Part shown: positions 60,601 to 64,000 of the stretch, piece by piece
Numbering within the stretch: the first letter of the stretch is position 1
Layout: each line of letters starts with the position of its first letter
Assembly (NCBI GenBank): GCA_024704765.1
Contig: JAKMXF010000044.1
Span: 620,001 to 684,000 of the forward strand
DNA from: Oopsacas minuta
Taxonomy: Eukaryota; Animalia; Porifera
DNA length: 64,000 nt
Reading direction: 5' to 3'
The notes under the pieces: model-generated
Databases searched by the model: none
Told to the model about the DNA's origin: nothing
Seen by the model: only the letters and a program-made list of their open reading frames with translations
Made by a program: the position numbers and the translations under genes

Positions 60601-61390
60601 AGCATATTATAATAGGTATCAAATTTGACTTTAGTCATTTTAATATTTTATGAATGAACCAATTTTCCCGCTGCTACATACGTCACAAAATAATGAGATA
60701 TAATACTGAACAGTCCACCCGCATGTATGCTCAGGTGGATCTCATGTAGAGCTGGAAGATTCTCATTAACAGTGGCCTTATTTATTTAAGTAACGAAATT
60801 GTGAAATTGTGATGTAGTGGCTAATCACATTAAATGTGTTTCGAGAGAGCCACAAGTAAACTAATAACAAGATTACTCAGTTTGCAAAAAATTCTTATTT
60901 CCGTCAGTAAGCACTATATCTCCACAATCTGACAAGGTCAATAGATGATCAATTTTAATATCACAATAATTATCAGGGTGACAATGGTAATTAGACTCGG
61001 GGTTTCTTGAAATAGATTATATTTCATTATTTATCTACAGTACCACCAGCTTCTAGGTAACACGATCTCTATTTACGTTACAAATAATATTATTTTGAAT
61101 AATCGAAAATTAAAATAATTAATAAAAATTAAATATAAGAATAATAATAATCAATCCTTTAAAGGAAGTTGACATTAGAATAATAAGATTCTACCGTTCA
61201 ATTTATTATGTATAGTAGACACAGGAGTTGGAATGTCTTACCTAATACATCGTGAGTTCTAGAATAACCTCTTGCGTCATACAAGCTAATCCATAAATCA
61301 AGATAGAGATATCTTCAGTCAGGTGCATGCTAGCTACGTGCCCTCCCACAGAACCTCATAGAATGCTGACAGAACCCACTACTATACTAA

Positions 61391-62690
61391 CTACATATCT
61401 TTTATTAGGTCGTCAGCGTCAAGAGAGGTTTTACTCTTCCGACTGGCAGCTCTACCCTTTTGTTTTGGTGCGGTAGTGGTATCTTTGGGAATTTCTTTAG
61501 GAATGACCATTGCTACTCTAGTCCTCTTCTTCAAAGGAGGTCCTGTTACGTCATCATCGTTATCGTCTTTATCTAATCCAAGTCTTGCTTTTAACAATCC
61601 TGATTTTTTTTCTGTTTCTTTTACATTGCTAGAATTTGCTTTGGTAGCTACTTGCTCCTCCTTTCCTTCTCCTTCTGTTTCAGATCCTGAATCTCTGAGA
61701 TCCACCCCAGATCGGATTCTGCTAATTAGCTTCAATTCTTCCTGTAGACATCTGATCTTCTCTTTCTTTTTGTTAAGAGCTAGAATAAATGAAGAAATCA
61801 TTTCCTGTTCGTAATTTTCTTTCCCTTCTACTGACTGCTTCACCAGCTCCAGTGCTGCTGCTCTCTGTTTTATACATTCCTGTTTACCTTCTTTAGAACT
61901 CTGTACCTTATCATCTCTCCTTTGTAATTCAGTTATTAACTCATCTAACAAGTTACTCACTCCTCCTTCCTGTCTGCACATGTTCACAGCTCCGAAGTGT
62001 ACCTTGATACCAGAAGAGAGGGATTTCTTCCAAACGAAGCTTCCCTGGGTATAAATTAGAGATAAATATATTACAATAGCCTACTTGTAACCTCACGCCC
62101 CATAATTTCTATAGATATTTATCTATGTATAAGGATGGTAACACTTTAATCGTTTTCTAGAATTTGTGTCTAGCACAAGTATTTAACACTAAATTTATGA
62201 ATGACACCTCAGTATAATAAATTCAAAATTACCTATCTAATAACCAGAATTCCGTTTTTCATTAATTTGGTTAATATAGTTGTAATTTGTAAACTCTTTG
62301 TCAGATATAATTATAACTATAATAAATGTATACCTTGCTCAGATCGCCATCATCTGTCTTCAACTCAAACTCCCAAGGTCCTACAGTCTCACCACTGTCT
62401 ACTGCATCAGAGGGAGGGTGTGTCGTCTTGCCAGTCAATGCATCGTGTGTAATAGATAAATAGTTCTCCAAGTTAGAAATGGTATGTTTAGATCCATATT
62501 CTAACATGGACTTACTCTCAATACTTCCCTCCCATACATTCTTACTGTCAGTTAGCATAATATTCAGAATTGAGTCTCCATCTCTCTCCACCAGTTCAGT
62601 CAGTAGATGTACAGGCCGTGTAACTCCTTCCGGACTCCTGGATTCTAGTCTAGATAGTGTACGTGTCCATTCATACACAAGTGCTGACAT
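61391..62690 (-). CDS. XRCC4: DNA repair protein XRCC4, 2 exons
   Basis: Head domain (MLTDSKNVWEGSI) and coiled coil SSFILALNKKKEKIRCLQ match XRCC4 (RFILVLNEKKTKIR). Exons 62690-62334 and 62044-61391 are joined by a phase-0 GT-AG intron. Confidence 0.88.
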
Positions 62691-62800
62691 ACTGAATCAC
62701 AAGTATAATTAGCAACGCAGAAACGTAAACTGATATAAAATAGAATTATATTCTACAATCATATATGCTTAAAATAAATATCTAGAAATGATAAGAGACT

Positions 62801-64000
62801 TTAAGATACTTTTTCTAATCTGCTCACTAACTTGAGAATAGAATGTATGTCAAAAGATTTGCCTTTTGGTATTCCCCTCGCCTTATGCAACCCATCTGGA
62901 TTCGAAGGTGTAATACATTCATTCGTAGGATCCTTTCTTAACACTCTGTCTATCTCTACTGCTGAGAAGAAGGCTACTGATAGAGGGAGGTCAGGTACAG
63001 AGGTCATGTACGAGAAGAGACATCTAGTGTAGAGATTTGAGAGCTGGAGAGCTAGAACTGCTCTCTCTGCATCTTCCTCCCGTACAAGAAATCTGATGTC
63101 GTCATGAATACTGAGACAATACCGTCCTGATATATCATAGCTGTCCATTATCCATTTCATGCTCACTAGTAAGAGATGCAAATAGTCTACTCCTGAGCTC
63201 TGTACTACCCAGTTTAGTCTACTTGTATAGAAACTAGATTTAACGTTGTCAGGTAGGAGAGCACTAGATATACGACAGTTTAGTGCTGGTGTCCGTGGTT
63301 CTTTGCTATTCGCTATTTCCTCTAGTTTATTAAATAAATAAGATTCAGTACCCCCAGACCACTCAAGACTAGTATTAGAACTATCTCTACCAGTCCGTCT
63401 GTATGAATACATATCATCGTTAGAACCTACAGGTACATGAATGCCTTTAGTCTGTTTGTATATAAGCTTGGCCTTCTTGGTTACCTCAGCTATAGATTCA
63501 TTAGGTAAGAAAGTAGAGAGCAATTGAACTGTGAGAGATAATCCACTGCTGTATATTCTAGCGTAGTTGATTACTTTAGCTTGATTACGAGTTATACCGA
63601 GTGAGTTAGCAGTACGAGAGTGTAGGTCCGTACCGCTAGACTTGTCTCCTTGTAGAGTCATCCATCCAATGCCAGTGCAGCCGTGAATTTTAGCGAAATG
63701 TGAATCTGAAAGTAAGGAAGCAATCCAGAGCTCCTGAGCATCTACATCAGCTCCTACAAGGACGTATCCTGGAGGAGCAGTTATTAGAGACTTGAGTTCA
63801 GATCCTACTCTATCTTCCTCAGCGTTACTAGCAGTTAACCATGTGTTCTGTACAGCCCTACGCGTAACAGTACCAGCTACACAGAGGTTAGGTAATATGA
63901 CTGCTTCTTCTCCAACAGTTCCAACATTAACTATCATTTGGTTCTTAATTCGCCTGTGATTGGACCGCCAGAAAGAGATAAACTTCTCAGCTTTCAGAAT
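62801..64000 (-). CDS. POLG: Mitochondrial DNA polymerase gamma catalytic subunit, C-terminal polymerase domain (5' part outside the window)
   Basis: ISFWR, VGADVDAQELWIA (motif A), GTDLHSRTA, AKVINYARIY (motif B), NWVVQSSGVDYLHL and LSIHDDIRFLV (motif C). Confidence 0.97.
   Translation of the reverse strand: MLKAEKFISFWRSNHRRIKNQMIVNVGTVGEEAVILPNLCVAGTVTRRAVQNTWLTASNAEEDRVGSELKSLITAPPGYVLVGADVDAQELWIASLLSDSHFAKIHGCTGIGWMTLQGDKSSGTDLHSRTANSLGITRNQAKVINYARIYSSGLSLTVQLLSTFLPNESIAEVTKKAKLIYKQTKGIHVPVGSNDDMYSYRRTGRDSSNTSLEWSGGTESYLFNKLEEIANSKEPRTPALNCRISSALLPDNVKSSFYTSRLNWVVQSSGVDYLHLLLVSMKWIMDSYDISGRYCLSIHDDIRFLVREEDAERAVLALQLSNLYTRCLFSYMTSVPDLPLSVAFFSAVEIDRVLRKDPTNECITPSNPDGLHKARGIPKGKSFDIHSILKLVSRLEKVS

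Noticed and set aside
62801-64000. Viral or Polinton DNA polymerase
   Set aside because: Motifs are family A, POLG-specific (DVDAQELWIA, GTDLHS), not protein-primed family B.

Overview
This is a eukaryotic, AT-rich, gene-dense window with very few or no introns per gene. Gene content is animal-like, and the compact intron-poor style suggests a glass sponge such as Oopsacas; that assignment is inference only. Conserved genes are an hnRNP F/H-like gene (6 exons), C7orf57-like, an RBM46/47/A1CF-like 3-RRM gene, a triply frameshifted SLC6 transporter, FAM47-like, a HARE-HTH-like protein, MTBP, a divergent JNK-like kinase, VPS52, MCEE, XRCC4 and the 3' part of POLG. The most striking feature is a cluster of three divergent paralogues, each encoding one polypeptide with SAM - 2x ubiquitin-like - helical - vWA - E2 (UBC, catalytic Cys intact) - U-box, i.e. 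a self-contained E2/E3 hybrid. Two paralogues sit head-to-head, and their SAM domains lie in separate first exons that I could splice in frame. One paralogue has a UBE2L3/UbcH7-like active site and a degenerate MIDAS. A Ubl-ARM-SOCS-box-like ORF lies next to the third paralogue. Several start codons are immediately preceded by a 3' splice-acceptor-like YAG, and POLG-XRCC4 are only 110 bp apart, which hints at SL trans-splicing or operon-like organisation. Intergenic DNA holds decayed mariner and Tc1 elements, hAT/Ginger/Kolobok/pogo-like non-autonomous elements (including an 865-bp element with near-perfect 370-bp inverted arms) and a Helitron-like repeat family. No rRNA, convincing tRNA or CRISPR array was found.
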